A DNA stretch of 63,967 nucleotides, counting the filler, from Octopus bimaculoides (lineage: Eukaryota), in assembly GCF_001194135.2 (NCBI RefSeq). It is 7 parts of 6 records of this genome, joined end to end, with 100 filler letters (N's around TTAATTAATTAA, not from the genome) between each part and the next. Parts side by side here need not be neighbours in the genome. Positions count along the whole stretch, not along the records: positions 22,987 to 37,601 come from NC_068984.1; positions 37,702 to 50,057 come from NC_068982.1; 5 more parts are not named here. The stretch is one strand, 5' to 3'. The translations under genes were made by a program, and so were the position numbers. Shown here one piece after another: positions 24,440 to 38,705 of this stretch. The stretch's first letter is position 1. The number at the start of each line of letters is the position of its first letter. Below the pieces are notes generated by a model. The model was not told where the DNA came from. It did no database searches and saw only the letters and a list, made by a program, of their open reading frames with translations.

Positions 24440-25800
24440 TTTTCTTTGCTTCAGTCATTGGACTACAGCCATGTAGTCTCTCATCTTACTCCCTGACTTT
24501 TAACCTTGCAACTTTAACATGGATTTTTAAATGGTAGTTTGTACAATACAGATGATAATAAAAAGATTTATTTTCATTAATCTCAAAACCAGCTTACATT
24601 GACTGAAACAACTACCATTATATTACAGGTATTTTTCACATCATCTTCAGATGAATCTCAGTAAGATTCATATTCAGAATGTTGATGAACAAAACTTAAG
24701 AGATTGGATATTTAATGCTCTACTATTACTGCCAACGTGCCAATTCACTTTGGAAGATAATTATTCTATAATAGTACTCAAAATAGTAACAATTAATTTC
24801 ATTAGTTTATTCAAAATTTAATTACAATTTTTTATTATTTTTTTTATTTTTTCATTTAATTAAACATAACGATAGAACTTGCCTCTGTGGCACATACTTG
24901 CTAAAGCTTGATTGTGCCATAATAGGAGTCTGAAACACATTCAAAATTTCAATTGTTTAGTATATTAGCTTATTTTTTTGGTTATAATGGCATTGTCCAG
25001 AAAAAAAAAGGGCTGAGCCCAAAGTTTTATGGCTGACCTTCTGAGATTGGTTGGAGAAAGGGAGCAAGATTTCAAAATCCTCAGAAATATTTGTCCATGC
25101 ATACAGGGCGTGTCCTGTACATCCTTCTCTCAGCCAAAATAGTTTAGTCTTTTGGGTTTGTGGGTGCTGGTGCCAAGTAAAAGCAGCCATTCTGGTGCCA
25201 CATTGGAGCACCCATGCCAGTGCCATGTAAAAGCACCCACCTGTTCTGGTGGCACTTGGGTAGGTGTCATGTTAAAAGAACCCAGTACACTGTGAAGTGG
25301 TTGGCATTAGGAAGCGCATCCAGCCATAGAAGCCATGCTAGAACTGACAATTGAAACCTGGACAGCTTTCTGGCTAACCCACTGCCGTCAAACTGTCCAA
25401 CCCATGCCGAAATGAGAAACAGACATTAAACGATGACAATGATGGATGTTACATATTGTAGTGCACCTGAGTATAACCTCAAATATTCCAACAGTTAATC
25501 CTTTTTCATTTTTAGTACCCATCCTGATATAAGTTTTATAACCCTTCACTCGCAATTTTGGCTGTATGTTATAAAAGAAAACAAAAATAAACTAAGTGAA
25601 ATGTCCCCTCACTCATAATGAGTGATAGGGGTCAGCATTTAACCCTTTTACTGTATAATACATGTCAGTCTGTCTGTCTGCAGAAAAAGCTTGCCTCCGA
25701 ACCATTTGATCCCACTGTGTTCAATCCCACTGTGCAGCACAGCCCTTGGTCAAGTAGTCAGTGCCTTGTGTTTTGTAGACAATAAATGAACGAAGCCCAT

Positions 25801-25834
<34 letters not shown>

Positions 25835-26395
25835 GATATCTTTGTAATTGTGCTGTGTTTGTCCCCAACTGGTGCTCACTTTTTTTCAACTAGCTGTCAC
25901 TTTAGCAGTTCATTGAAAAAAGGCTTATAGAGTAACTGCCAGACTGAGAACAAATAAATACGCGGGTAAATTTGTTTGACTAAAACACTTGAAGGCAGTT
26001 CTTTATCGTGGTTGTAGTCCAATAACTGAAACCAGTAAAAGGTAAGGTAATAGATAAACGTGTGTGTATCTTTATATTACACACACATATATGGGGGGGG
26101 GGTTGAAAAGTTCCTGGCTTTTTTGTGGGGTAAAAGAAAATAGTGGAGGAACAGTTAATTATGATTCTGTTCAACATATTCACCTCTCAGATTCACACAC
26201 TTATTACAGCGACCCTTCAGTTTTTCTAATCCTTGTAAACAGTGCTTGGAAGGTTGGACCACCAACCAGGCCTTTTGCAATAGCCAGGAATTTTTCAGCA
26301 CACCCTCATGTATAAATGTGTGTGTGTGTGTGGTTCTCCATCCCTCTGAAATTTGACCTTGTACCTAATGAAGAGAAATCAATAACCTATTTCTT

Positions 26396-26662
26396 GTTGC
26401 TATAGGCAACTGTATGACTCTAGTGTTGCCATTGGAGACTGTAACATAACAAATGTTACTGGCAGTCGCTAAACATCATACTGTTGTAATTGTTATTGTT
26501 ACAGCTATGACCATTTCATCTTTTTAATTCATACAAGAAAGCTCGCTTTGTCAGATCAGACGTGTCCTTCTTTTCTTCAAGATATATGAATGTAATTTGA
26601 TGGAGATTTGGCTGCTTTTTCTATTAGGCTTAAGAATTTCATTGGCGGTTGCTGTCAGCAAC
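26396..26662. promoter_or_regulatory. Three 15-bp RFX X-box-like sites
   Basis: GTTGCTATAGGCAAC (26396), GTTGCCATTGGAGAC (26425), GTTGCTGTCAGCAAC (26648). Confidence 0.5.
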
Positions 26663-26966
26663 TGTTTTATAAAAGTATCATTTTATTGTCGTAAAGTAAT
26701 ATATTTTTAAACTTTGATTTACGAGATCTTGGCAAATATATTTGTGCATGTTTGTATGTGTATGTGCACATGTGTATAAATGTGTGTGTGTGTGTGTGTG
26801 TGTGCGCACGTGTGTGTGTGTGTCAATGTTGTCTTTATTTGTGTGTACATGTATCTGAATACGAATATGGGTGTGTCTGAATATGCTTGTATTTGCACGT
26901 GCAAGTATTTTTCTATTTACGTATATATATATATATATATATAGATAGATAGATAGATAGATAGAT

Positions 26967-27340
26967 GCAGGCATAGCTGTGTGGTAAGAAGTTTGTTCCC
27001 CAACCACATGGTTCTAGGTTCAGTCCCACTGCATGACACCTTGAGTAGCCTCAGGCCAATCAAAGCCTTATGAGTAGATTTGATTAAAGGAAACTGAAAG
27101 AAGCCCATTGTATATATATATGTATGTATATGTGCATCTTTGAGTGTGTAGTTGTCTCTCACTACAGGTTAACAACTGTTGTTTGTGTGTTTACACCCCG
27201 ATAACTTAGTGTTTCAGCTAAAGAGACTGATAGAACAAGTACCAGACTTCAAATAAAAAAGAAGTACTGGGTTTGATTCATTCGTTTAAAGTTCTATAAG
27301 GTGGTACCCCAGCGTGGCTGCAGTCCAATGACTGAAACGT
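26967..27340 (+). mobile_element. SINE family A, strongly CpG-decayed
   Basis: Head, core and tail homology to 4753-5140. Confidence 0.85.
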
Positions 27341-27353
27341 GTATGATATATCT

Positions 27354-27429
<76 letters not shown>

Positions 27430-27911
27430 CCAGTGTCATTATGTGTGTCTGATTATATGTTTGTATTACGTGTATGCGAATATGTCTGGGTACGTATCAG
27501 TATAGTAGAATGAGTAAGTGAATGAATGCGTTGTGTCCTTGTCATATAAACATGTTGGTTTACTAATGTGTGTGTGTGTGTGTGTGTGAAGTCTACATAT
27601 GCGTCTCTCTAGTTTCACATGTGTAAATGAGTGTTGTGTTTATCCAGCTCGAAATATGATGTATAATGGAAGAAGTGAATCATATCCTTAACTAGAAGAT
27701 TGTTTGTTTTTCAAACTGAAAAGTCTGTGGAAGTAGCTGAAGTGTGTCTCTTCTGGCTCAGTTTCGAGGAAGTTGGAGTATAAGTGCATGCATATGTGTG
27801 TTTGTGTGTGTATTTATCTCTGTCTGTGACAATTTTGAGAGGGAAGTTTTAAATAGACGGCTGGGTGTGGTTCATAACAGTGGTGAAGATGCAAAGATGC
27901 AACTTAGCTTC

Positions 27912-27943
<32 letters not shown>

Positions 27944-27995
27944 GCACACACATAATCATATTTGTGCATATACATACATACATACATACATACAT

Positions 27996-28050
<55 letters not shown>

Positions 28051-28146
28051 AACATATATACATATATATGTATACATACATATATATATACATACATATA
28101 TATATACATACATAAATATATATATACATACATACGTATATATACA

Positions 28147-28208
<62 letters not shown>

Positions 28209-29296
28209 TATATATGTATAAAAATAAATACATACATCCATACATATATATATGCATCAGTCATTAGACTGCAGCCATGCTGGGCTACCAACTCATAGAG
28301 TTTTAGTTGAACAAATCATCCTCAGTTCTTGATGTGGGTTAAATGGGTTGACTGATACTGGTAAGCCAGAGAGCTACACCATGTTCCAGTATGAATTTGG
28401 CTTGGTTTCTTCAGCTAGTTGCCCTTCCTAACACCAAGAGTGTAGCAGGTGCCTCTTATATGTCACCAGCAAAGGTGCTTCTACATGCCACTGGCACGAG
28501 TGCTTTTATGTCTCATCAGCACTAGCTACAACTATGATTTGTTTCAATTGGCTTCATCATCGTTAATTCATGCTAACCCTCATCTGTTTTCAAGCAGGAT
28601 AATATTTCTTCATGAACTGACATTTTTTTTTCATGGATGATGGGGAATGAACAACAACACATGTATGACATGGGCGCTTGTTTACGACTGTCAGATGCAA
28701 TCATGACACTGAAAGGCACACATAGACTGCCNNNNNNNNNNNNNNNNNNNNNNNNNNNNNNNNNNNNNNNNNNNNNNNNNNNNNNNNNNNNNNNNNNNNN
28801 NNNNNNNNNNNNNNNNNNNNNNNNNNNNNNNNNNNNNNNNNNNNNNNNNNNNNNNNNNNNNNNNNNNNNNNNNNNNNNNNNNNNNNNNNNNNNNNNNNNN
28901 NNNNNNNNNNNNNNNNNNNNNNNNNNNNNNNNNNNNNNNNNNNNNNNNNNNNNNNNNNNNNNNNNNNNNNNNNNNNNNNNNNNNNNNNNNNNNNNNNNNN
29001 NNNNNNNNNNNNNNNNNNNNNNNNNNNNNNNNNNNNNNNNNNNNNNNNNNNNNNNNNNNNNNNNNNNNNNNNNNNNNNNNNNNNNNNNNNNNNNNNNNNN
29101 NNNNNNNNNNNNNNNNNNNNNNNNNNNNNNNNNNNNNNNNNNNNNNNNNNNNNNNNNNNNNNNNNNNNNNNNNNNNNNNNNNNNNNNNNNNNNNNNNNNT
29201 GCATACATACATACATATATATTTATACAGATCATCATCCATCTAACACCCCCTTTTCCTTGCTGACATGGGTATATATAAATATATATGTGTGTG

Positions 29297-29346
<50 letters not shown>

Positions 29347-30896
29347 ATTTATATATGAGAGAAAGAAAGAGTGAGAGATGTGTATACATATGTGTTTATG
29401 TATGTATTTGTGTTTATATGTATGTGTACTTGTGCGCACATGTGTTTGTATGCCATAGAGACTTATGATAAGGGAAAAGAACAAGAAGCACAGAAAATCT
29501 TCATTGCTCTGCAATTATCATGTTGTTATCTTAGACATGGTACTTAACTCAACTTAGCCTGCAGCTAAGACTTGAAGAGCCGAGACACTAGACAGCAGGC
29601 AGTTCTTTCCACTAGGAAAATCAGTGGGAGAAGAATTCTAATGCCCAAGAAGAAATCTTTGTCTTATTCTGCCAAGTTGCAAACTGATAATTTCACATAA
29701 CACATGGATGCTTTTCTACATATGTATGTAGGTGTGTGTCTGTGTGTGTATGTGAGACTATCTTGCTTTTTCCCTGAGTGTGTACACACACTCATCTATC
29801 TATATGTATACACATACACACATGCACAAGCACATACATGCACTTATACACACACACACATTCATATATATACAAATTTGAATATTTAGGCATATTATGT
29901 GAGCATATGTGCATGTATTGATAAATAGATAGATAGATAGATAGACATTGATACATATTTGTAAAAGACAAAGTGAAAGAAAGAGTGTGTGTATGTTGTG
30001 TGTTTGGGGGCCATATTTTTATATCATTGAGAACCTATAAATAAAATTAGTGCTTTGTTCCAAAATAGGACACTTTCACCACAGTGCCAATTGCTGAATT
30101 TGAACCTATGGTCAGTCGTGGTTCTAATAGTTAATAGCATACAAAACCTATGTGCACAAAATCGTTCTTTTTAAACAAAGAATAGTAACACATTAAAAAA
30201 TAACAACACTTCTAGCATTGTAATTTGTCTTCTTTTTTTGTCTAACACATTGTTTTTCAATAATATTTTTGGGTTTTCTATAAACTGGAGTTATTATTTT
30301 ATTAAGCATTTGGGTAGTAAGTTAATGAAATCATATGCACTAAATTTAATGAATATATATATNNNNNNNNNNNNNNNNNNNNNNNNNNNNNNNNNNNNNN
30401 NNNNNNNNNNNNNNNNNNNNNNNNNNNNNNNNNNNNNNNNNNNNNNNNNNNNNNNNNNNNNNNNNNNNNNNNNNNNNNNNNNNNNNNNNNNNNNNNNNNN
30501 NNNNNNNNNNNNNNNNNNNNNNNNNNNNNNNNNNNNNNNNNNNNNNNNNNNNNNNNNNNNNNNNNNNNNNNNNNNNNNNNNNNNNNNNNNNNNNNNNNNN
30601 NNNNNNNNNNNNNNNNNNNNNNNNNNNNNNNNNNNNNNNNNNNNNNNNNNNNNNNNNNNNNNNNNNNNNNNNNNNNNNNNNNNNNNNNNNNNNNNNNNNN
30701 NNNNNNNNNNNNNNNNNNNNNNNNNNNNNNNNNNNNNNNNNNNNNNNNNNNNNNNNNNNNNNNNNNNNNNNNNNNNNNNNNNNNNNNNNNNNNNNNNNNN
30801 NNNNNNNNNNNNNNNNNNNNNNNNNNNNNNNNNNNNNNNNNNNNNNNNNNNNNNNNNNNNNNNNNNNNNNNNNNNNNNNNNNNNNNNNNNNNNNNN

Positions 30897-30934
<38 letters not shown>

Positions 30935-31037
30935 ATATGTATACATATATATATGTGTGTGTATATGTATACATATATATATGTATATAAGTATATGTAT
31001 ATATGTGTGTATATATATATATGTACATATTTGTACA

Positions 31038-31104
<67 letters not shown>

Positions 31105-31638
31105 ATATATGTGTGTGCGTGTGTATATATATGTATGTATATATATATATATATATGTTTGTGTGTGTTTGTGAGTGTATGCATTTGTACGTGTGTGTAT
31201 ATATATATTTAGAGTTAGAAGGCCTTATTTCGTTCTTGTAATGTATATTTTTTCCATTTCATTTGTATGCTCACGTCTTGTCATGTTTGTTTTCATCACT
31301 GTCTCCTGTTCATTAATTATTCCCAACAGCTTCTTGCCACCAAAAGTGAACAATATTATCATGAAAAGTGTGGAATTGTAAGGGATTTTTTAACGTTAAC
31401 TGATGAGGAATTAACAATATCTCATCCTGTGTGTGAATTTTCCATTCCTTTGTTGCATTTGTGTTCAAATTTTTTGAATTATGTGTGTATTTGGGGATGG
31501 TAATTTTTTTGTCAATTAAACACACATACTATTTATTTAATCTTTACTCTTTGGTTTTATTTGTATTATTATTTATAGGTCTGTCAAAGTTCTTTTGTCA
31601 CACCTGTGTCTCCTCTTGTCCTGCTTATATATAGACAG

Positions 31639-31672
<34 letters not shown>

Positions 31673-32103
31673 ATGCATATATATATATATATGTATGTGT
31701 GTGTATTGATAGATAGATAGATAGATAGATATAAAATTAACATAAGGTGCAGGGCACAAGTTAATGCCATAAAGGAAAAATTCAATGACCACTAAATGAG
31801 ACTAGGGGTGCTGAGATACTGACATTGCTAGATACACATACACTGACAGGGGAAGAAACTGCCTCATATATATATATACATATATATATANNNNNNNNNN
31901 NNNNNNNNNNNNNNNNNNNNNNNNNNNNNNNNNNNNNNNNNNNNNNNNNNNNNNNNNNNNNNNNNNNNNNNNNNNNNNNNNNNNNNNNNNNNNNNNNNNN
32001 NNNNNNNNNNNNNNNNNNNNNNNNNNNNNNNNNNNNNNNNNNNNNNNNNNNNNNNNNNNNNNNNNNNNNNNNNNNNNNNNNNNNNNNNNNNNNNNNNNNN
32101 NNN

Positions 32104-32144
<41 letters not shown>

Positions 32145-32689
32145 GGTAAATGAAAGATGGAAGATATGGGAATTTTCATTTATTAATCATGACAATTGTT
32201 TCGACACATTTAGCATCAATCCCCCAGAGATGGGAACACTTAACAACTGGTTCAGGGGCATCCAGTGGTGCAGATGTGTCTCATTGGGTGATAAATAGAT
32301 ACAACTCATTAAAATGACAGTTCCGCAATATATCTTCTCATTTCATAGTTAGAAAAGCAGCGAAACGAAGGAAATATCTTCATTTATATAGAAGATCAAA
32401 AATAAAATCAGGTGCAAAAAAGAAATAAACATGCAGTACAGTGAGAAAAGTATTAAGAATAACCATTAGCAGATATGGATGTATAAACACCCTTGTGCAA
32501 GTTGCATGGCACATGCAGACTCACTCATACAAGCATCTGCGAAAATGTAAGCATATGCACGCATGTGGTTTGGTACACACATGATCACAAAGTGAGTTAA
32601 ATAGCTACTTGGTGTTTATAAGAATGGGGAGGTTAAAGCTAAACTTAATTCATCCATACCTTAAAGTAAATTATTTAACAGTCACTCAA

Positions 32690-33180
32690 ATTCATTCCCA
32701 CTGCATTGTGCGAAAGTACATTCATATGCATGTAGGTATCTTGAATGTCTTTCAGAAATTCTATTATTGATCTTTTCATTGGTCCACAGAATAGACAGGG
32801 ATTCCTCGGAGCAGAGTTGGCATCTCCTGAAAATGATATTGTGTTGTCTTACATGCCTTAATATGGACCGAGTTATGTTGTATTTTCCTTCAGTTACCAT
32901 ACAAAATCAGCCAAAGATGTTGAATGTCTCATTGATTTTCTTGAAGCTGGCAACATGGTTACGATAACAATTCTTAAATGAATCAGCCATCTGCTCAATG
33001 TAAACATACGGTCCTCCCCTTGTGTGCACATTACATTTATATACAAGATTTGTACTCTTACAGAAGTTCATCAATGGGCATTTTGATTTTTCTCTGCATG
33101 AGAATTTATCATATTTATTTGTATATATGGTAGTTCCAACTTCATTTTCTGAGTTTCTAATTCGCTTATCTGTACCCATC
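32690..33180 (-). pseudogene. Penelope-like element GIY-YIG endonuclease remnant
   Basis: CPLMNFCKSTNLVYKC.V...YVYIEQMADSFKNCYRNHVASF then KYNITRSILRH...RCQLCSEESLSIL, matching PLE CPL..C...VVY/YIG..FK.RY.NH..SF/CxLC..EK. Confidence 0.75.
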
Positions 33181-33553
33181 TATGTATGGGTTTACACACA
33201 TATATCTATTTATTAAAAAATATTTGTACATGTATATATTATATGTGTGGATATTTATGTAACATCTATTATACAACTAACAAGATTACGAAACAATTGT
33301 AAATATATGCAAAACCATCTACTCTCTCACATCACTTCTCTTATACAGTTATAAAGCATATATATTAAAACTATATATATATGTCCATCTATGTACATAT
33401 ATATATGTATGTATACCAATGTATGCATATATATTATTTTGTGTGTCTGTATACATGTATTTTCTGAGTTTGTTCACAATCCTTTCTTCATCTTCATGTA
33501 TTATTCCTTTCAATCCGATATCATTCTCTTTCCTTCTGTCTTTTTCTTTCTGC

Positions 33554-33637
<84 letters not shown>

Positions 33638-33765
33638 ATCTATCTGCCACCTACCTACATGAGTCATATATCTATGTCTCAACTTTATCCTCTTGTAATC
33701 TCCATCTCAGCAACTTCATCCCTCACTCACTGTTTATCTCTCCTGCATTCTCTCACCCACCCACC

Positions 33766-33831
<66 letters not shown>

Positions 33832-34123
33832 CAAATGTACATCATACATATAATCTTCCTCTCTCTCTCTTTCTCTTTCTCTCTCCTACAACCAATTCCA
33901 CCCTGTCACTTGTCAAAAAATAGCTCTCTCCAATGGTAATTACTTTTGTGTTGTGTTTCAATTAGTCTGTTGGCTTCCAGGCTGTTTGGATTTGGGAAAG
34001 ATTTATTCTCCAAATGTACCTTCTCCCCATCAATATTTATTTATTTAACCATGTTTATGCTTGTTTGTTTGCTTTGTTTTATTTTATTTTATTTTGTTTT
34101 TCTTTTTTATGTATATTATTTAG

Positions 34124-34160
<37 letters not shown>

Positions 34161-35179
34161 AAATATTTTACAACTTCAGGCTCCCATACTACTGCAGATA
34201 CATAGTAAAGCATTTATGATGTATACCTGTGTAAATATGGGTGTTTATATGTTTGCATGTATGTGTAACTATTTATGTGTATGTGTGTGTGTGTGTGTGT
34301 GCAAATGAGCAGTTTAAAGACTTTTTCATACATGCAAATCTTTAATATATNNNNNNNNNNNNNNNNNNNNNNNNNNNNNNNNNNNNNNNNNNNNNNNNNN
34401 NNNNNNNNNNNNNNNNNNNNNNNNNNNNNNNNNNNNNNNNNNNNNNNNNNNNNNNNNNNNNNNNNNNNNNNNNNNNNNNNNNNNNNNNNNNNNNNNNNNN
34501 NNNNNNNNNNNNNNNNNNNNNNNNNNNNNNNNNNNNNNNNNNNNNNNNNNNNNNNNNNNNNNNNNNNNNNNNNNNNNNNNNNNNNNNNNNNNNNNNNNNN
34601 NNNNNNNNNNNNNNNNNNNNNNNNNNNNNNNNNNNNNNNNNNNNNNNNNNNNNNNNNNNNNNNNNNNNNNNNNNNNNNNNNNNNNNNNNNNNNNNNNNNN
34701 NNNNNNNNNNNNNNNNNNNNNNNNNNNNNNNNNNNNNNNNNNNNNNNNNNNNNNNNNNNNNNNNNNNNNNNNNNNNNNNNNNNNNNNNNNNNTATATATA
34801 TCTGTATGTGTGTACAGGCGTGCGCATCTTGGAGACCCTCTTGCTGAGTACCTCACTAAAAGAAGATGGTGACTTCATTAACATTGCTGGTGACTAAAAA
34901 ACATGTTGAGCAGTACGATGTTGGCTATTCCATTGTACATGGAGGTTAGGGTTATGTGCCACAGAATCTAAGGAGATGAAGGCTTTTGGGTTTCTCTTAT
35001 GCAACTTAGCCAACCTTTTGCAGCATTAAGGCGTAGTAAATCAACTAAATAACCAACCAGCCAGCTAGCTACCTTATCACTTTCTCATTCAGGTGAACAA
35101 GTGAGGCTGATTGATTTCATGTCAGAAAAATATTGTGTTAGGCATATGGCTTCAACTAATTAGGAAGAAAATTAATTTT

Positions 35180-35498
35180 CAGTGGTTTTTCAACTGGGAT
35201 CCACATGACCCCAGGTGGTCCATATGAGATATTTGGGGGTTGAAGCTAGCTAAATAGTAAATAAGGGTCTATGGAAGAGGTCTGATTTTGATGTATTTAT
35301 TGCAAGAAACAGGTAGGTTTCTTTCTCTAACATTTTACATAATTCCACCCACACAAGTTGGTGCATGGAAAACAAAATATGAATTTTGAAAGAATTAGCT
35401 AGAAAACTAGCTTATAAACACTGAATGGTTGTAGGAGCCTACCAGAATATTATAGCAATCAAAGGGATCCATAGCTGGAAAATGGTTTACAACGACAG
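35180..35498. mobile_element. Degenerate hAT-Charlie-type MITE; related fragment at about 4618-4730
   Basis: Left end CAGTGGTTTTTCAACTGGGATCC; degenerate right end GGGATCCATAG..AAAATGGTTTACAACGACAG. Confidence 0.4.
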
Positions 35499-36084
35499 TT
35501 CAGTTTTATGCTAAAGCTGAGTACAACTGATGCTCTTTTCACAGTAAGACACTTGTGCAAGGTCTCAATAAAAAGTCACATCATTGATATATACACATAC
35601 ATATATGTATATTGACATACATATACATATATATGTGTGTGTGTGTGTATGTACATTGATATACATACATACCATAACCTTTAAAAGAATCTTAAGCAGC
35701 ATATTTATGTCCAGTCTGCTTGCACATGTTAAGAATGAAAATACACATCAGAGTTTAGAGACTCACTGTTTCACATGTTCATAATGTTTTAATAATAGCT
35801 TGGCAGGCTTTGATATGCATCAGCAAATATTTTGTTTGCTGAATTTTATAAATAAGGAAGACAGTTCCTGTTCAGATTCAAAGCTCCAAACATTGTCTCT
35901 GACTGAAGAGGTACAATTATGTCAAAACATTGGTGTCTCAGAGTCTGCTACATCATTAAATCATGCGCATTATCAACACACATCATTTAAAAACAAGACT
36001 ATAGCAATTCTCTGAAGATAAAACTTAAAATGTGAATAGTATATTCACATACGAATCTGCTGGAGCATGTTAAACGAATCTCTT

Positions 36085-36890
36085 ATCTTTTACTTACTTT
36101 ATTCATTAAACTGCAGCTATGCTGGAGCACCAAACTGAGGAGAATTTAGTCAAATGAATCGACTCCAGTACTTATTTTTTTTAACCTGATACTTATTTTA
36201 TCGGTCTCTTTTACCGAACTGCTACATTACAGGAATGTAAGCATACCAACACTGGTTGTCAAGTAATGGTGGGGAACAAATACAGGCAGAAAGACATGCA
36301 TGTGTATACATATATATATATATATATATATATATNNNNNNNNNNNNNNNNNNNNNNNNNNNNNNNNNNNNNNNNNNNNNNNNNNNNNNNNNNNNNNNNN
36401 NNNNNNNNNNNNNNNNNNNNNNNNNNNNNNNNNNNNNNNNNNNNNNNNNNNNNNNNNNNNNNNNNNNNNNNNNNNNNNNNNNNNNNNNNNNNNNNNNNNN
36501 NNNNNNNNNNNNNNNNNNNNNNNNNNNNNNNNNNNNNNNNNNNNNNNNNNNNNNNNNNNNNNNNNNNNNNNNNNNNNNNNNNNNNNNNNNNNNNNNNNNN
36601 NNNNNNNNNNNNNNNNNNNNNNNNNNNNNNNNNNNNNNNNNNNNNNNNNNNNNNNNNNNNNNNNNNNNNNNNNNNNNNNNNNNNNNNNNNNNNNNNNNNN
36701 NNNNNNNNNNNNNNNNNNNNNNNNNNNNNNNTATATATGCATGTGTGTCTTTCAGTTTCCATCTACCAAATCCATTCACAAGGCTTTGGTCAGCCTAAGG
36801 TTATAGTAGAAGACACTTGTCGAAAGTCCCATACTGTTGGATTGAACCTGGAACCATGTGGTTGGAAAGCAAACTTCTTACCACACAGCA
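36085..36890 (-). mobile_element. SINE family A spanning a sequence gap
   Basis: Tail half before the gap and head half after it. Confidence 0.8.
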
Positions 36891-37551
36891 ATAGACATCA
36901 TTATTTTGATTCTTGCTATCTATTTTTTTTTTTTTTTTTTTTTTGCGTTTCCTCGTTATAATACAATAATTCTATTTTACTGGTCGTCTCCTTTTGATAT
37001 CAGTTACTTTTAAATGGTTAGGTGAAGTCACTATAACTCACAGCAGCAATCACCACCACCACTACAATCACAGCCCTCATCATCATCATCTTCATCAGCA
37101 TCATCCTCATAATTATCATCACCATTAACATCATGTTCACCATCATCATCATCACCATTGTTGTCAACATCACCATCATCATTGAAAACATCGTATCTAT
37201 CCTGTCATATTTGTTGTTGATTTCAGTTCGGTTGTTATGATGTTTCCCCTTTACTAACAGTTTTCTCATGTTTTTGTTGTTGTTGTTCTTCTTGTTGTCA
37301 TTATTTTTTTATTATTACTATTATTATTTTCCATTTTAAAAGCGTGAATTTATTTATTTATCTATTTATTTTGGTTATTGTTTATGTTGGAAACGGAATT
37401 GTTTTACCATTGTTTCTGTATGACAGAATGATTGTTTAATGAAATATTGGTGCCAATTTGAAGAGATTCATCAAACTTTTGTTTTGAATTTTAAACACTT
37501 CTGTCAAGAAAATTTATAGCTTTTTTAATATCCTACAATTTATCGTCAATA

Positions 37552-37601
<50 letters not shown>

Positions 37602-38399
37602 NNNNNNNNNNNNNNNNNNNNNNNNNNNNNNNNNNNNNNNNNNNNTTAATTAATTAANNNNNNNNNNNNNNNNNNNNNNNNNNNNNNNNNNNNNNNNNNN
37701 NCTCGCCGCCTTAACATCTTCCTATTTATTGCTAAAACTTTTGATAAAGACGTTCTTGTTCCACAAACTCCCTCGCCGTTTAAGATTTCACGCCTCTGAG
37801 TCTTACTAAATTAGAGCGTGAATTCCGGTGAGCCTCCTGGTTATATACAGATTCACAAATAACATTAGCGCGTTGTGATCACTAGAGTGTTATAGACTTA
37901 CGAAGTGGTGTCGGAGAGTATTGAGGTTTATGTCCACGGAGAAGGGAGAAAGAAGGGAGTCATGGTGAGATGTAGGAACTGTAATAAAAAAAAAAGTGTT
38001 TCATGTATGGTTTATAGAGAGAGACAGTGAAAGGACGTAGTATGATATGATAAAAGACGGATTCGTTGCTAGAGAGACAGTTTGTTGTAATGAGGAAGAA
38101 CGATTTCATGATAGCAGAAGGGCAAGGTGTGTAGCCAAGAGTTTTCTAATGATCCATGCGAATGATTGGAGAATAGAGAGAGAAAAATATCAGCTGACGG
38201 GTTACTATAACAAAGTCGTATCTCAGCGATCGAGTTCTCACCAGGTCTGAGATCTGTTGTAATATTTGCAAACAACTGAAGGCCTCAAATGACTAACACA
38301 GTATATTTATACAGAGGTTTGCCCTCGAACGAAAATCATATCAAAGGTGTATATACGTTCAGTATGATACATAGATGACTTTTTCACATTAATGAACAA

Positions 38400-38705
38400 G
38401 CCCTCCGTCGGTTACTACGACGAGTGTTCAAGTTGATTTGATCAACGGAATGGTCTCCTCGTGAAATTAACATGCAAGTGGCTGGGCACTCCACAGACAC
38501 GTGAAACATTAACAGAGTTATCAGTGAGATTCAGCCTGTCAGAGAATGTGACAAGGCTGGCCCTTTGAATTACAGGTACAACACATTTTCGCCAGTTGAA
38601 TGAAATGGAGCAACATGAAATAACGTGTCTTACTCAAGGACACGAGACGCCGCCGAGAACTGAACTGACAACCTTACGATCGTGTGCCGAATTCCCTAAC
38701 CACGC
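38400..38705 (-). mobile_element. Long tRNA-head SINE family E; + copy at 55621-56001, fragment at about 1985-2090
   Basis: Shared GTACCTGTAATTCAAAGGGCCAGCCTTGTCACA and CAGCCACTTGCA.GTTAATTTCACG; the 55621 copy has A-box TGGCCCAGTGG and B-box GTTTCGATTCC. Confidence 0.85.

Noticed and set aside
24651-24821. Short ORF MNLSKIHIQNVDEQNLRDWIFNALL after a good acceptor, or a 10-nt microexon
   Set aside because: No recognisable homology; competing interpretations; expected by chance in AT-rich DNA
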